Source: an archaeon
GTDB taxonomy: Archaea; Undinarchaeota; CAZHTU01; JBDRCC01
Direction: 5' to 3'
NCBI GenBank assembly: GCA_043822065.1
Contig: JBDRCC010000006.1
Coordinates: 9,673-73,672 of the forward strand
DNA: 64,000 nt
Shown one piece after another: positions 47,076 through 57,454 of this stretch. Position 1 is the stretch's first letter, and every line of letters starts with the position of its first letter. Made by a program: the position numbers and the translations under genes. Under the pieces are notes generated by a model. The model saw only the letters and a list, made by a program, of their open reading frames with translations, was not told the origin of the DNA and did no database searches.

Positions 47076-49265
47076 ATGGGTTCGAAGATTGTAAAGGGCG
47101 CAATTTCGGCTGGAAGTGAATACCTCAGCGAGGCAGAGGGATACCAACTTCTGAAGGAGTATGGCATTAAATTCCCCCCGTATGGCCTGGCCAAGAGCGA
47201 TGCGGAGGCAGTCCGCATAGCAAAAAGGCTCGGCTTCCCCGTGGTCATGAAGGTTGCGTCCCCTCAGCTGCTTCACAAGGCAGAGATAGGGGGGGTAGCC
47301 CTTGGTCTGGACTCAGAACGAGAGGCGAGGCTTGCCTTTAAATCGCTCATGAAAAGAGCCAGAGAATGGGCTGGAAAGAGAAAGGGCAGGACGATTGAAG
47401 GCATTTTGGTCCAGAAGCAGTGCGCAGGCTACTCCCTCCCCCTCCTGGTGGGTGCCGTGACCGACCTGGTGATGGGAAAGGCGCTTGCACTGAGCATCGG
47501 CGGGGATGCTGCTGATGTCTACACGAAGGACTTCGGCGACATTCAGTTCAGGGTACTTCCTGCGGACGATTCGGAGATACAGAGCATGCGGGAAAGCCTG
47601 CATGCAAAGCGGTTCTTCATGGAGTTCAGGGGAAATCCGAAACGGGATGCCTCAGCCCTCGACCAGACCCTCAAGAAGCTTTCAAGGATGGTCCTCGAGA
47701 ATCCGGAGATAGAAAACATCGAGCTGAACCCCCTTCTGCTTTTTGGCAAGGCGGCTGCCGCAGTTGATGTCGTGACAGTTCTCAGGCGCAGGGTGAAAAA
47801 GCCAGAGGCGGGCAGGAAGCGCTGCCTTGATGCGCTCGCGCTTCTCAACAGGGATTCAAAGATAGGCATCGTTGGCTCCTTTTCCCAGGAGCCGGACCAG
47901 TCAGGAAAGCCGAAGGGCAGGTACGCGAGGATGGTAGTTGACAACCTCATTGCACTCGGCTACAAGGGGATAGTTCCCGTCTGGTTCAATGCTGGGGATG
48001 GGGAGAGGTACCGCGGATTCGAGTACTGCAAAAACGCGTCAGACACCAAGCTTGACATTGCAATAATCGTTGTTTCTGCGAAAAAAGTTGCTGGCGTCTT
48101 TGATGAATGCGTGAAATCCGGCGCCAAGCTCGTCGTTATCCAGTCCGCAGGCTTTGCAGAGACCGGGCCCATCGGGAGACGGGCGGAGGAGGAAATCCTG
48201 AAAACGGCAAAGGCCGCTGGCGTCGCCGTCATGGGCCCGAACTGCCTTGGAATATTCGCCCCGAAATCAAAAATAGACACTATGTTCACTGACAAGATTT
48301 ATGCTGGGCGGGCCAGGGGGGGCTTTTCGCTCATCTCCCAGAGCGGCGGCGTCGGGACCTCAATAATAGATGAGCTCTCCAAGAGGAGGCTGGGGGTGAG
48401 CCACGCCTTCTGCTACGGCAATGCCATGGACATAAACGAGACAGACCTCCTGGAGTACCTTGTGAACGACAGCGGCACGAAGATTCTTGCAATATACCTT
48501 GAGCAGATACGGGGAAAGCCAGAGCGGTTCAAAGCCTGCGTAAAAAAGCTCATGAAGAGAAGGGTCCCCATCGTCGTCCTCACCCCAAGCGTAAGCGAGA
48601 GGGGGGCGGCTGAGATAAGTACCCACACCGGCTCGGTCGCAGGGCGCGGAAAAATCCTGGAAGACTTCCTCAGGCACCAGTGCGGTGCGGTCCTCGCGGC
48701 TGACATAGAAGACCTCTTCCAGGCGAGCTACTCCCTCCACCTGAACAACAAGCACTGCGGCCTTATGAAGGGGAACAGGGTCGCGCTTGTGAGCAATGCG
48801 GGCTCGGACAAGACGCTCATATCCATGAACCTTGAGAAGAACGGCCTCGCCCAGGCAAGGTTCTCGGCGGCGCAGAGGGAAGAGTTCTTCAGCCTGATAA
48901 CGGGGAGCGAGATAGACGGCATAGCAACGGTCGACGAAGAGAACAACATAGTCCTTGACCTGACGGGGAGCGTCCAGAAGGGCACCTTCAACAAGGCGCT
49001 CGAGTTCGTCTTCTCGTGCAAAAATGTGGACGCTGTCGCCATGGGCGCCGCCATAAACACGGGCATAGAGTGGGAGGAGCTCGCCAAGAAGGCCTACCAG
49101 CTGAGGGAGAAGTACAGGAAGCCCGTCGTCTACCTCGAGTGGTTTGAGAACTCGGAGATTATCCGGAGCAAGTATGAAATCCCCGCTGGAAGGAGCCACG
49201 AGCGGTGCACGCGGGACCTAAAGAACTTCTTCGAGTTTTCAAAAGGCGCGAGGCAAGTTTTATAA
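47076..49265 (+). CDS. ADP-forming acyl/acetyl-CoA synthetase, single polypeptide with beta-alpha domain order
   Basis: The N-terminal ATP-grasp (LSEAEGYQLLKEYGI...PVVMKVASPQLLHKAEIGGV) precedes the CoA-binding domain (IGIVGS...), the SQSGG motif and the phosphohistidine loop STHTGSVAG. Confidence 0.85.
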   Translation: MGSKIVKGAISAGSEYLSEAEGYQLLKEYGIKFPPYGLAKSDAEAVRIAKRLGFPVVMKVASPQLLHKAEIGGVALGLDSEREARLAFKSLMKRAREWAGKRKGRTIEGILVQKQCAGYSLPLLVGAVTDLVMGKALALSIGGDAADVYTKDFGDIQFRVLPADDSEIQSMRESLHAKRFFMEFRGNPKRDASALDQTLKKLSRMVLENPEIENIELNPLLLFGKAAAAVDVVTVLRRRVKKPEAGRKRCLDALALLNRDSKIGIVGSFSQEPDQSGKPKGRYARMVVDNLIALGYKGIVPVWFNAGDGERYRGFEYCKNASDTKLDIAIIVVSAKKVAGVFDECVKSGAKLVVIQSAGFAETGPIGRRAEEEILKTAKAAGVAVMGPNCLGIFAPKSKIDTMFTDKIYAGRARGGFSLISQSGGVGTSIIDELSKRRLGVSHAFCYGNAMDINETDLLEYLVNDSGTKILAIYLEQIRGKPERFKACVKKLMKRRVPIVVLTPSVSERGAAEISTHTGSVAGRGKILEDFLRHQCGAVLAADIEDLFQASYSLHLNNKHCGLMKGNRVALVSNAGSDKTLISMNLEKNGLAQARFSAAQREEFFSLITGSEIDGIATVDEENNIVLDLTGSVQKGTFNKALEFVFSCKNVDAVAMGAAINTGIEWEELAKKAYQLREKYRKPVVYLEWFENSEIIRSKYEIPAGRSHERCTRDLKNFFEFSKGARQVL

Positions 49266-49278
49266 CGTTCCAGGACAT

Positions 49279-49488
49279 TTGTCGCGTATGGCAGTTAAGA
49301 TAGAGCGGGACAGGTGCAAAGGGTGCGGCCTGTGCATCCATTTCTGCCCAGTAAAGATACTAAAGCGGTCGGGCAGGCTCAACAAGCGCGGGCAGTACCC
49401 AGCCGAGATAACCGACCAGAAGAAGTGCATCTCCTGCAAGATGTGCGCAATCATCTGCCCTGACACCGCAATAGAGGTGTTCAAATGA
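49279..49488 (+). CDS. 2-oxoacid:ferredoxin oxidoreductase delta subunit (2x[4Fe-4S])
   Basis: CKGCGLCIHFCP and CISCKMCAIICP motifs. Confidence 0.85.
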   Translation: MSRMAVKIERDRCKGCGLCIHFCPVKILKRSGRLNKRGQYPAEITDQKKCISCKMCAIICPDTAIEVFK

Positions 49489-50515
49489 AGGGGCTCATGG
49501 CTGGGAATGAGGCACTGGCGGAAGCCGCAATCCGCGCAGGCTGCAAGTTTTACTTCGGCTACCCCATAACCCCCCAGAGCGAAATCCCAGAATACCTCGC
49601 GAAGAACTTCCAGAAGCGCGGCGGCCACTTTCTCCAGACTGAGAGCGAGGTCGCAACAATAAACATGGTGATGGGCGCTTCAGCCGCCGGCGCCAGGGCC
49701 ATGACGTCTTCCTCAAGCCCGGGCATAAGCCTGATGCAGGAGGGGATTTCCTACATGGTCGGCTGTGAGCTCCCTGCAGTCATTGTTGATGTGATGCGGG
49801 GGGGACCTGGCCTCGGGAACATCGCCCCTGCCCAGGGCGACTACTTCCAGATGGTCAAGGGCGGCGGCCACGGCGACTACAACCTAATAGTCCTTGCCCC
49901 GAACTCGGTCCAGGAAATGGCAGACCTTACCCACCTTGCATTCGACCTTGCGGACAAGTACCGCAACCCGGCGGTGATACTCGCAGACGGCCTTCTCGGC
50001 CAGATGATTGAGCCGGTCACCTTCAAAAAACACACCAAGAAAAAAGCCAGGAAGCCCTGGGCGCTCACCGGCGCAAAAAGCCGCAAGCCAAACATCATAA
50101 ACTCCCTCTACCTCGCGCCCGAAGGCCTTGAGGCCCACAACAAGGACCTCCAGAAAAAATTCAAATCCATGAGGACGGAAGCCCGCTACGAATCATTCAG
50201 GGCAGATGATGCCGACATCATCCTCGTCGCCTACGGCACCTGCTCCCGCTTAGCCAAGACCGTCGTCGAGGACGGCAGAAAAGAGGGGTTAAAGCTCGGT
50301 CTCATCCGCCCCATAACCCTCTGGCCATTCCCTTCGGAGGCAATCAGAAAAGCGGCAGGGAGGGCAAGGGCGCTTCTTGTCGTCGAGCTGAGTGCGGGGC
50401 AGATGGTTGAGGACGTCCGCCTGGCAGTCAACGGAAAGAAGCCAGTCCACTTTTTCGGCAGGATGGGCGGGATGGTGCCTTTCCCCGAAGACATACTCAA
50501 GGAGGCCAAAAAGAT

Positions 50516-50519
<4 letters not shown>
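49485..50519 (+). CDS. 2-oxoacid:ferredoxin oxidoreductase alpha subunit
   Basis: [28 protein letters not shown] signature. 4-nt overlap with the delta gene. Confidence 0.9.
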
Positions 50520-51242
<723 letters not shown>

Positions 51243-51250
<8 letters not shown>

Positions 51251-51779
51251 GCAGAAGGTTGTCGTCGCCGGCTTCGGAGGTCAGGGCATCCTCCTCATCG
51301 GCCGCCTCCTCGCCCGCGCCGCCATGCTCGAGGGGCATCACATAACCTGGATATCGTCTTACGGTCCTGAAATGCGCGGGGGGACTGCAAACTGCTCCGT
51401 CGTGATATCCAGAAAGGAGATAGGCTCCCCCCTCGTCCCGAACCCGGACGCTGCAATCGTCATGAACCTGCCTTCCTTCGACAAGTTCGCGCCGTGCGTC
51501 AAAAGAGGAGGCATCCTTCTCATCGACGGCTCCCTCGTCACGAGGAAGTCCCCTCGGAAGGACATCTCCCAGTTCACGGTAAACGCAAACGACATCGCAA
51601 AAGGGCTCGGCGACCCGATTGCCGCAAACATGGTCATGCTTGGCGCCTACCTCAAGCTGACAAAGGCGGTCTCTTTAAGCAGCGTCATGAAGGCGATGAA
51701 GGAGATGCTCCCGCCCCACCGCCAGAAGCTAATCCCGCTCAACAAAAAAGCAGTCGAAGCTGGCATGGGCGCCGTCTAA
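51243..51779 (+). CDS. 2-oxoacid:ferredoxin oxidoreductase gamma subunit
   Basis: [22 protein letters not shown] signature. Overlaps the beta gene. Confidence 0.9.
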
Positions 51780-53014
51780 CCCTCCGCCAGGACCTCGGAC
51801 AGTATCCGTATCCCCTCTTCTATCTCCCCAACCGTCGGCTTGCTGAAGTTTATCCGCATGGTGTTCCTCTTGGGGTTCTCCGCGTAGAACCCGTCGCCTG
51901 GCACGTATGCAACCCTCCGGTCATACCCTTTGGACTTCATGTATTTCTTGTCCAGCAGCCTTTCCTCAAGGGTCTTCCTGGCGTCAAAACCCTCTGGCCC
52001 GGTCATCCACAGGAACATCCCGCCGTCAGGCCTGGTCCACGTAAACCCGCTATCCTCCGGGAACTCCCGCTCAAGCGCGTCCAGCATGGACAGCATCTTT
52101 TTCTTGTAGAATTCCACAGTTGCCTTAATGTGCCCCGGCATATCCCCCCGCTCTAGGTACTTCCATATCAGCCACTGGCCAAGGGAGTTCGTCTGCAGGT
52201 CGTACGACTGCTTTGCAAGCGTGAACTTGGACACTATGTCCTCCCGCGCAATCATGAACCCGACCCTCGTCCCGGGCGTAAAAACCTTGGAAAACGACCC
52301 CAGGTGCATCACCCTCTCCTCGTCATCGAAAGACTTTATCGACGGGATGTCCTTCCCCCTGTACCTGAGCCTCCAGTAAGGGTCGTCCTCCAGTATGAGG
52401 AAGTCGTGCTCGCATGCCAGCTCGTAAATCTGCTTCCTCTTTTTCAGGGACGTCGTTACTCCAGACGGGTTCTCGAAATTTGGGATTATGTACAGGAACT
52501 TGGGCCGCACGCCGCTCTCCAGGTGCCCCTTTAATTCTTCAATCTTCATCCCATCCTGCTCAAGCTCCACGGTGGCAAACTTCCCCCTGCGCATCCTAAC
52601 CGGCCCTATCAGCCCCAGGTAGGTCGGAGAGCCTACTACAACCGCGTCCCCCGGGTTTATGAACATGTCCGCCGCAGCGTAAAGCGCCTGCTGGGAGCCG
52701 CTGGTCAACAGGATGTTCTTCACATCCGCGCGTATGCCTATCTCGCCGACATACTCGACGAGCTCCTTCCTGAAGCCAGGAATCCCCTCGGTCGGCCTGT
52801 ACTGGAAGGCTTCCTCAAACATCCTGTCATCCGCAACCATCTCATCAAAAATGCTCACGAGCTCCTTCCGCGGGAAAGTCAACGGGTCCGGTATCCCGCC
52901 AGCAAAAGAAATGACGTCCGGCTCAGTCAAAATCTTCAAAAGCTCGCGGACGTCGCTGGCTTTGACCCCCCCTGCGGCGTCGGAAAAAAACTTTGACATG
53001 TCAGGCTTCTTCAT
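51776..53014 (-). CDS. Class I/II (ARO8/LysN-type) PLP aminotransferase
   Basis: VISFAGGIPDPLTFP and SFSKVFTPGTRVG motifs. TATA GTTTTTATAG upstream. Confidence 0.85.
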   Translation of the reverse strand: MKKPDMSKFFSDAAGGVKASDVRELLKILTEPDVISFAGGIPDPLTFPRKELVSIFDEMVADDRMFEEAFQYRPTEGIPGFRKELVEYVGEIGIRADVKNILLTSGSQQALYAAADMFINPGDAVVVGSPTYLGLIGPVRMRRGKFATVELEQDGMKIEELKGHLESGVRPKFLYIIPNFENPSGVTTSLKKRKQIYELACEHDFLILEDDPYWRLRYRGKDIPSIKSFDDEERVMHLGSFSKVFTPGTRVGFMIAREDIVSKFTLAKQSYDLQTNSLGQWLIWKYLERGDMPGHIKATVEFYKKKMLSMLDALEREFPEDSGFTWTRPDGGMFLWMTGPEGFDARKTLEERLLDKKYMKSKGYDRRVAYVPGDGFYAENPKRNTMRINFSKPTVGEIEEGIRILSEVLAEG

Positions 53015-53103
53015 GCCAGATATAACGTCCAGCCGCTATAAAAACTTTAGAATACGGTTACCGGCAAGGGAGCTCGCTGTCCGGAGGAAGAATGGGGATC
53101 TAA

Positions 53104-53631
53104 TCAGATTTCAACTTCAGTCTCAAAGAACAGGCTGTCTTCCTTGCCCCTGCGCGCCTCGAGGTCGGAATATGAATACTTCCTGTCAGGTGTCTGGTCC
53201 AAGCTGAGCAGAAGGTGGAGGTCCTCCTGGTGCTTCCCCCTGAACCTCTTGTTGAACTGTTCGACCAAATCCTCCACTGCCTTCTCAAGTGTGCGGCGGT
53301 TGAGCTTGTCCGGCTTTATCGCCTCGTTTATCTGGTAGTTGAGCAGCGGCACTATCTGGCGCCTGTCATCCAAGTCGATGACCCGCACGCCAACCCTGCC
53401 GTCCGCGGGCCTGAAGACTCCGTCGTCGCCCCTCACAGCCACCATCGATATCACCTTGGGTATGGTCGGGACGACCGCCTCGGCGATAATCCTGCCCGAT
53501 TCATCGAACGCCCAAAAAACGATGTGCGGCTTCAGGCTTATGGACGTGTCCTTGGGCTTGTTTTTCTCCCACCACGTCTGCGTGAAGAGGATTTTGCCGT
53601 GGAGGCAGGCTATTCTTATTTTCATGCGCAT
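53104..53631 (-). CDS. Hypothetical protein (175 aa)
   Basis: Beta-rich N-terminal half and helical, charged C-terminal half. It is co-directional with and 54 nt downstream of the AbrB-ACT gene. TATA-like TTATTTAT lies ~24 nt upstream. Confidence 0.45.
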   Translation of the reverse strand: MRMKIRIACLHGKILFTQTWWEKNKPKDTSISLKPHIVFWAFDESGRIIAEAVVPTIPKVISMVAVRGDDGVFRPADGRVGVRVIDLDDRRQIVPLLNYQINEAIKPDKLNRRTLEKAVEDLVEQFNKRFRGKHQEDLHLLLSLDQTPDRKYSYSDLEARRGKEDSLFFETEVEI

Positions 53632-53685
53632 TGCTATTGGTCGAAGGGATAAATAACCCTTTTGGCGGGCGGAGAAGGCATAGGG

Positions 53686-54084
53686 CTATAAAAGCTTAGC
53701 CTCAACCCTTGCCGCAAGCCCCTTGGAAACCAGGCCTTTCCTTATTTCTGCGAGCGGATGCTTGCACTTCGAAACGTCTGCCACAACCTCCCAGCGGGCC
53801 GTCTTAGTCCGCCTGGTCGACTTCGACTGCGTCCTGACGAGGTCGACACCCTCATTGAACAGGTACGTAGCTGCTTTCGATAGGGCTCCCGGCTTGTCGG
53901 AGAACTCAATAACTAACTTGACCAACTTCTTACCCGCTTCAGCAACCGGGTGGACGACTATGCTCTCGCCGTCTTCCGAAAGGCCGACCATCACGCGGTC
54001 GCCTTCCTTAAGGTCTAGCTCCTCGCGGATGGAATTCGGTATCACAAGCCTTCCCCGCGTGTCAAGCCGGATGACGGAAGCCAT
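53686..54084 (-). CDS. AbrB/SpoVT-type DNA-binding domain fused to an ACT-like domain
   Basis: VIRLDTRGRLVIPNSIREELDLKEGDRVMV (swapped-hairpin AbrB fold) followed by KLVIEFSDKPGALSKAATYLFNEGVDLV (ACT-like). The ATG at 54084 is preferred to 54156. Confidence 0.7.
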   Translation of the reverse strand: MASVIRLDTRGRLVIPNSIREELDLKEGDRVMVGLSEDGESIVVHPVAEAGKKLVKLVIEFSDKPGALSKAATYLFNEGVDLVRTQSKSTRRTKTARWEVVADVSKCKHPLAEIRKGLVSKGLAARVEAKLL

Positions 54085-54105
54085 GCTCCCACTTAATTCC
54101 CGCAA

Positions 54106-54141
54106 GTTTATAATCGTTCTCCAAAAAGATTTATAAACTCC
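54106..54141. promoter_or_regulatory. Back-to-back TATA boxes for AbrB-ACT (minus) and PIN (plus)
   Basis: GTTTATAATC (54106-54115) and GATTTATAAAC (54131-54141) are each ~22-27 nt from the respective ATG (54084 and 54160). Confidence 0.4.
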
Positions 54142-54159
54142 GAAACCCGCCAGCAATTC

Positions 54160-54576
54160 ATGGAAAAGCTATACATCGACACAAATGTCTATGTTTCTTA
54201 TCTCGAAGGGGAGTTCGGCGGCATAACTAAAAATCTCGGCCTCTACTCGGAGCAGCTTTTTAAGAGGGCATTCTCATGCGAATTCGTCATCGTCGCATCA
54301 GAAATGGTGGTGAAAGAGCTGCTTGGCGTAATAGACGACAAGAACGCAGTTTCAGAAATCTTTGCAGAACTCCATAAAGCAGGAAAGCTGGAATGGGTTT
54401 TTGAAACAGAGAAGATGGCAAGAGATGCGAATAGGATTGCGGCTTTGTACGCTTCACACCCGAGCGATGCACTTCATTCGCTTCTTGCAAAAAAGGCTGG
54501 CGTGCCGCTCATAACCTGGAACATAAAAGACTTCGCCAACCTAAACCTTGCTGTCTATAGCCCCGCGTCCATTTAG
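54160..54576 (+). CDS. PIN-domain (VapC-like) nuclease
   Basis: LYIDTNV at the N-terminus, and acidic residues in SEMVVKE, PSDALH and WNIKDF typical of PIN. 138 aa. Confidence 0.8.
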   Translation: MEKLYIDTNVYVSYLEGEFGGITKNLGLYSEQLFKRAFSCEFVIVASEMVVKELLGVIDDKNAVSEIFAELHKAGKLEWVFETEKMARDANRIAALYASHPSDALHSLLAKKAGVPLITWNIKDFANLNLAVYSPASI

Positions 54577-54833
54577 TCTAGCTTGTAGCCCTTTTCCTCA
54601 CAGTACTCCTTCCAGATCTTGTCCTTAAGGGCTTTGTCCAGCGGCTTTGTTTTTCCGGTGAATGCCCCCCTGTACTTCAGGATGCCCTGCAGGCACGAGT
54701 CCCTGATGGCTTCGGACCTGTTTGCATAAATCCCGTCGGCGACCATCCTGTCGAACTCGTCGAGCTGCCTCTTCGTGAACCTCACGCCGACAATCTCAGT
54801 CCGGTTGGCCTCGGTGACATTTTTCTGCGGCAT
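54573..54833 (-). CDS. Ribbon-helix-helix (CopG-like) DNA-binding protein
   Basis: IVGVRFTKRQLDEFDRMVADGIYANRSEAIRDS RHH pattern. The ATG at 54833 is preferred because TTATATAA at 54855-54862 sits 25 nt upstream. 4-nt convergent overlap with the PIN gene. Confidence 0.7.
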   Translation of the reverse strand: MPQKNVTEANRTEIVGVRFTKRQLDEFDRMVADGIYANRSEAIRDSCLQGILKYRGAFTGKTKPLDKALKDKIWKEYCEEKGYKLD

Positions 54834-54872
54834 AATACACTTGTATAACACTTGTTATATAAGGATTTCGGT

Positions 54873-55451
54873 CTACTTCCGCCTCTCCCTGAGCTCTTTT
54901 CGGACTTCCTTCCATTCAATGCCCCTGTTTCCCAGCGCCACCATGCAGAAGAAAATGACGTCAGCGACTTCGTGCACCAGGTTCCCGTCCGGCTCCCCCT
55001 TGAGAGCCTTTACGACCTCTTCCGCCTCCTCCATTATTTTCTCTGCGATTTTCGCTTTGTCACCGATGATTTCTGCAACATAGCTGCCCTTGGGCTTGTC
55101 CCTCTTCCGCTGGGCGATGACGTCCATCACTTCCGCGAAGATGTCTTCCTGGTTTCCTTCGCCCCAGACCTTGGTGAAGCAGGTCTCAGTCCCCTTGTGG
55201 CACGCCGGCCCTGCTGGCTTGACCAAATACATCAGCGCGTCCCTGTCGCAGTCCTCGTATATTGCCTTGAGCTCCATGGTGTTGCCTGACTCCTCGCCCT
55301 TCATCCAGAGCTTTTTCCTGCCCCTTGACCAGAACCATGCCTTCTTTGTCTCTTTGGATTTTTTGAGGGCTTCCTGGTTGGCATAGGCGAGCATGAGCAC
55401 CTTGCCCGAATCTGCGTCCTTGACAACCACAGGTTTCAGTTCATCCTTCAT
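54873..55451 (-). CDS. hisI: Bifunctional phosphoribosyl-AMP cyclohydrolase / phosphoribosyl-ATP pyrophosphatase
   Basis: HisI motif [19 protein letters not shown]...DCDRDAL...[12 protein letters not shown] and a C-terminal HisE helical domain ([16 protein letters not shown]). Confidence 0.9.
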   Translation of the reverse strand: MKDELKPVVVKDADSGKVLMLAYANQEALKKSKETKKAWFWSRGRKKLWMKGEESGNTMELKAIYEDCDRDALMYLVKPAGPACHKGTETCFTKVWGEGNQEDIFAEVMDVIAQRKRDKPKGSYVAEIIGDKAKIAEKIMEEAEEVVKALKGEPDGNLVHEVADVIFFCMVALGNRGIEWKEVRKELRERRK

Positions 55452-56203
55452 CTCACTTCAACCCCCCTTTCTCTCAGGTACTTCTTCACATCAGCCACTT
55501 CGTACTCTCCAAAGTGGAATATGCTCGCCGCAAGCGCAGCATCCGCCTTTCCCTCCGTCAGGGCATTGAAGATGGCGTCCAGGCTCCCCGCGCCGCCAGA
55601 GGCGATTATCGGGATGTTGACTGCTTCCGCAATCGCCCGCGTCAGCCCGATGTCATAGCCTTTCTTTGTCCCGTCCGCGTCCCAGGAGGTCAGCAGTATC
55701 TCCCCTGCGCCGAGCCTCTCGGCTTCCTTCGCCCATTCAATGGCGTCCCTGCCAGTCGGCTCCCTCCCGCCGTTGACCAGGACCTCCCAGGAGGCGCCTT
55801 TTTTCCTGGCGTCGATTGCCAGGACGACGCACTGGCTCCCGAACCTCTTGGACGCTTGGCGGATTAGCTCAGGGTTCTTCACAGCTGCAGTGTTTATCGA
55901 GACCTTGTCCGCGCCATTCTTCAGGAGCCTCTCCATGTCTTCGACCTTCCTGATCCCCCCTCCGACCGTGAGCGGGATGAGGGCTTCGGACGCGGCTCTC
56001 CTGACGACGCCGACCATGGTCTCGCGGTTCTCCGGCGAGGCACCTATGTCCAGGAAGACGATTTCATCCGCCCCCTGCCTGCCGTACTCCTTGGCCAGCT
56101 CGACGGGGTCCCCGCTGTCGCGAAGATTCTGGAATTTCACACCCTTCACAACCCTTCCGTCTAGAACGTCAAGGCACGGGATTATCCGCTTCGCCAGCAT
56201 CAC
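55448..56203 (-). CDS. hisF: Imidazole glycerol phosphate synthase, cyclase subunit
   Basis: KRIIPCLDV...GADE...DI, SGGAG and LAASIFHF motifs. ATGA overlaps on both sides. Confidence 0.95.
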   Translation of the reverse strand: MMLAKRIIPCLDVLDGRVVKGVKFQNLRDSGDPVELAKEYGRQGADEIVFLDIGASPENRETMVGVVRRAASEALIPLTVGGGIRKVEDMERLLKNGADKVSINTAAVKNPELIRQASKRFGSQCVVLAIDARKKGASWEVLVNGGREPTGRDAIEWAKEAERLGAGEILLTSWDADGTKKGYDIGLTRAIAEAVNIPIIASGGAGSLDAIFNALTEGKADAALAASIFHFGEYEVADVKKYLRERGVEVR

Positions 56204-56784
56204 AGCACCCCTTTTGTGGACGGCAAATCATAGCTCCCGCTCTTTGAGGCTGCCACTTTCAACGACTTTGCCAGCGCCTTGAACACGGCTTCGACCTTGT
56301 GGTGGTCGTTTTTTCCCTCAGCTTTGACGCAGAGGTTGAACTTCCCGTTCAGGGCAAACGACTCAAGGAAGTGCTCGATGTTCTCCTTAGACACATCCCC
56401 TACCATTTTCTCGTCGAACTCCGAGAACGGAAGCTCGATTTTGAAGTAGGGCCGCCCGGACAAATCAACTGCCACAGTTGCCACTGCATCGTCCATCGGC
56501 AGAATCCAGTAGCCGAACCTTTCAATCCCTTTCTTGTCTCCGAGGGCTTTCAGCAGGGCTTCGCCTAAGCAGATTCCAACGTCTTCAGCGATGTGGTGCT
56601 CGTCCCCGTCCCTGCTCTCTGCGGTTACCTTCAAACCGAATCCGGAGTGCTTCCCGAGGGACTGGAGCATGTGGCTCAAAAACCGCAGCGGAGTCTTTAC
56701 ATCTGCTTTTCCTTTTCCGTCCAGATTAAGCTCCACGCTGACCCTCGTCTCCGCCGTTTCCCTAACCACCTTAGCTTTTCTCAT
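56200..56784 (-). CDS. hisB: Imidazoleglycerol-phosphate dehydratase (monofunctional)
   Basis: [36 protein letters not shown] and PSTKG motifs. ATG 56784 with a GGAGGGAG SD. The longer ORF start overlaps hisA. Confidence 0.9.
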   Translation of the reverse strand: MRKAKVVRETAETRVSVELNLDGKGKADVKTPLRFLSHMLQSLGKHSGFGLKVTAESRDGDEHHIAEDVGICLGEALLKALGDKKGIERFGYWILPMDDAVATVAVDLSGRPYFKIELPFSEFDEKMVGDVSKENIEHFLESFALNGKFNLCVKAEGKNDHHKVEAVFKALAKSLKVAASKSGSYDLPSTKGVL

Positions 56785-57454
56785 CAAACTCCCTCCTGTA
56801 AAGGTATGTCCCAACGACGACCGCTTCCGCGCCGGCTTTCCCGGCGGCTTCAATGTCCTGCGCCGAGGAAATGCCGCCGGCGTATACTACTGGGACGCTC
56901 AATCCGCCCGCCAGCTCCTTCAGCAATGCAAGGTTCGGGCCCCTGAGTTTTCCCTCCTTCTCGACTGCGGTGTAAAGGACCCTCCCGACAAGCTTTTGGA
57001 ATTTCAGGGCGAGGTCAAGCGGCGAAATTTCTGTCTTCACCTTCCACCCATCTACAGAAACTTTGTTCTGCCTTGAGTCCACAGCCAGGACCAGCCTCTC
57101 TTTCCCGAACTCCATGCTCAATTGATTGAGTAGCCGGGGGTTCCTCACCGCCGCGGTGCCGACGACAAGCCTGTCTGCGAAGGCGAGCTTCCTTGCCCGC
57201 CCTAAGCTCCTTATCCCGCCCCCAACCTGGACGAACAGGCCGGTCTCTTCCTTTATGCTCTTTATCATCTTGGTATTCCCGCCCCTCCCAAACGCGGCGT
57301 CAAGGTCGATGACGTGCAGCACCGAATATCCTTTATCCTTCCAGAACCTTGCAATTTCCAGGGGACTGTCCGAGCTGAAGAGGACTTTGTTTGGATTCCC
57401 CCCTTCAAGCTGGACGCACTTGCCGTTTAGGATGTCGATTGCCGGAATTATCAT
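56771..57454 (-). CDS. hisA: ProFAR isomerase
   Basis: MIIPAIDILNGKCVQL..., GGGIRS and YAGGISS motifs. Confidence 0.9.
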   Translation of the reverse strand: MIIPAIDILNGKCVQLEGGNPNKVLFSSDSPLEIARFWKDKGYSVLHVIDLDAAFGRGGNTKMIKSIKEETGLFVQVGGGIRSLGRARKLAFADRLVVGTAAVRNPRLLNQLSMEFGKERLVLAVDSRQNKVSVDGWKVKTEISPLDLALKFQKLVGRVLYTAVEKEGKLRGPNLALLKELAGGLSVPVVYAGGISSAQDIEAAGKAGAEAVVVGTYLYRREFDEKS

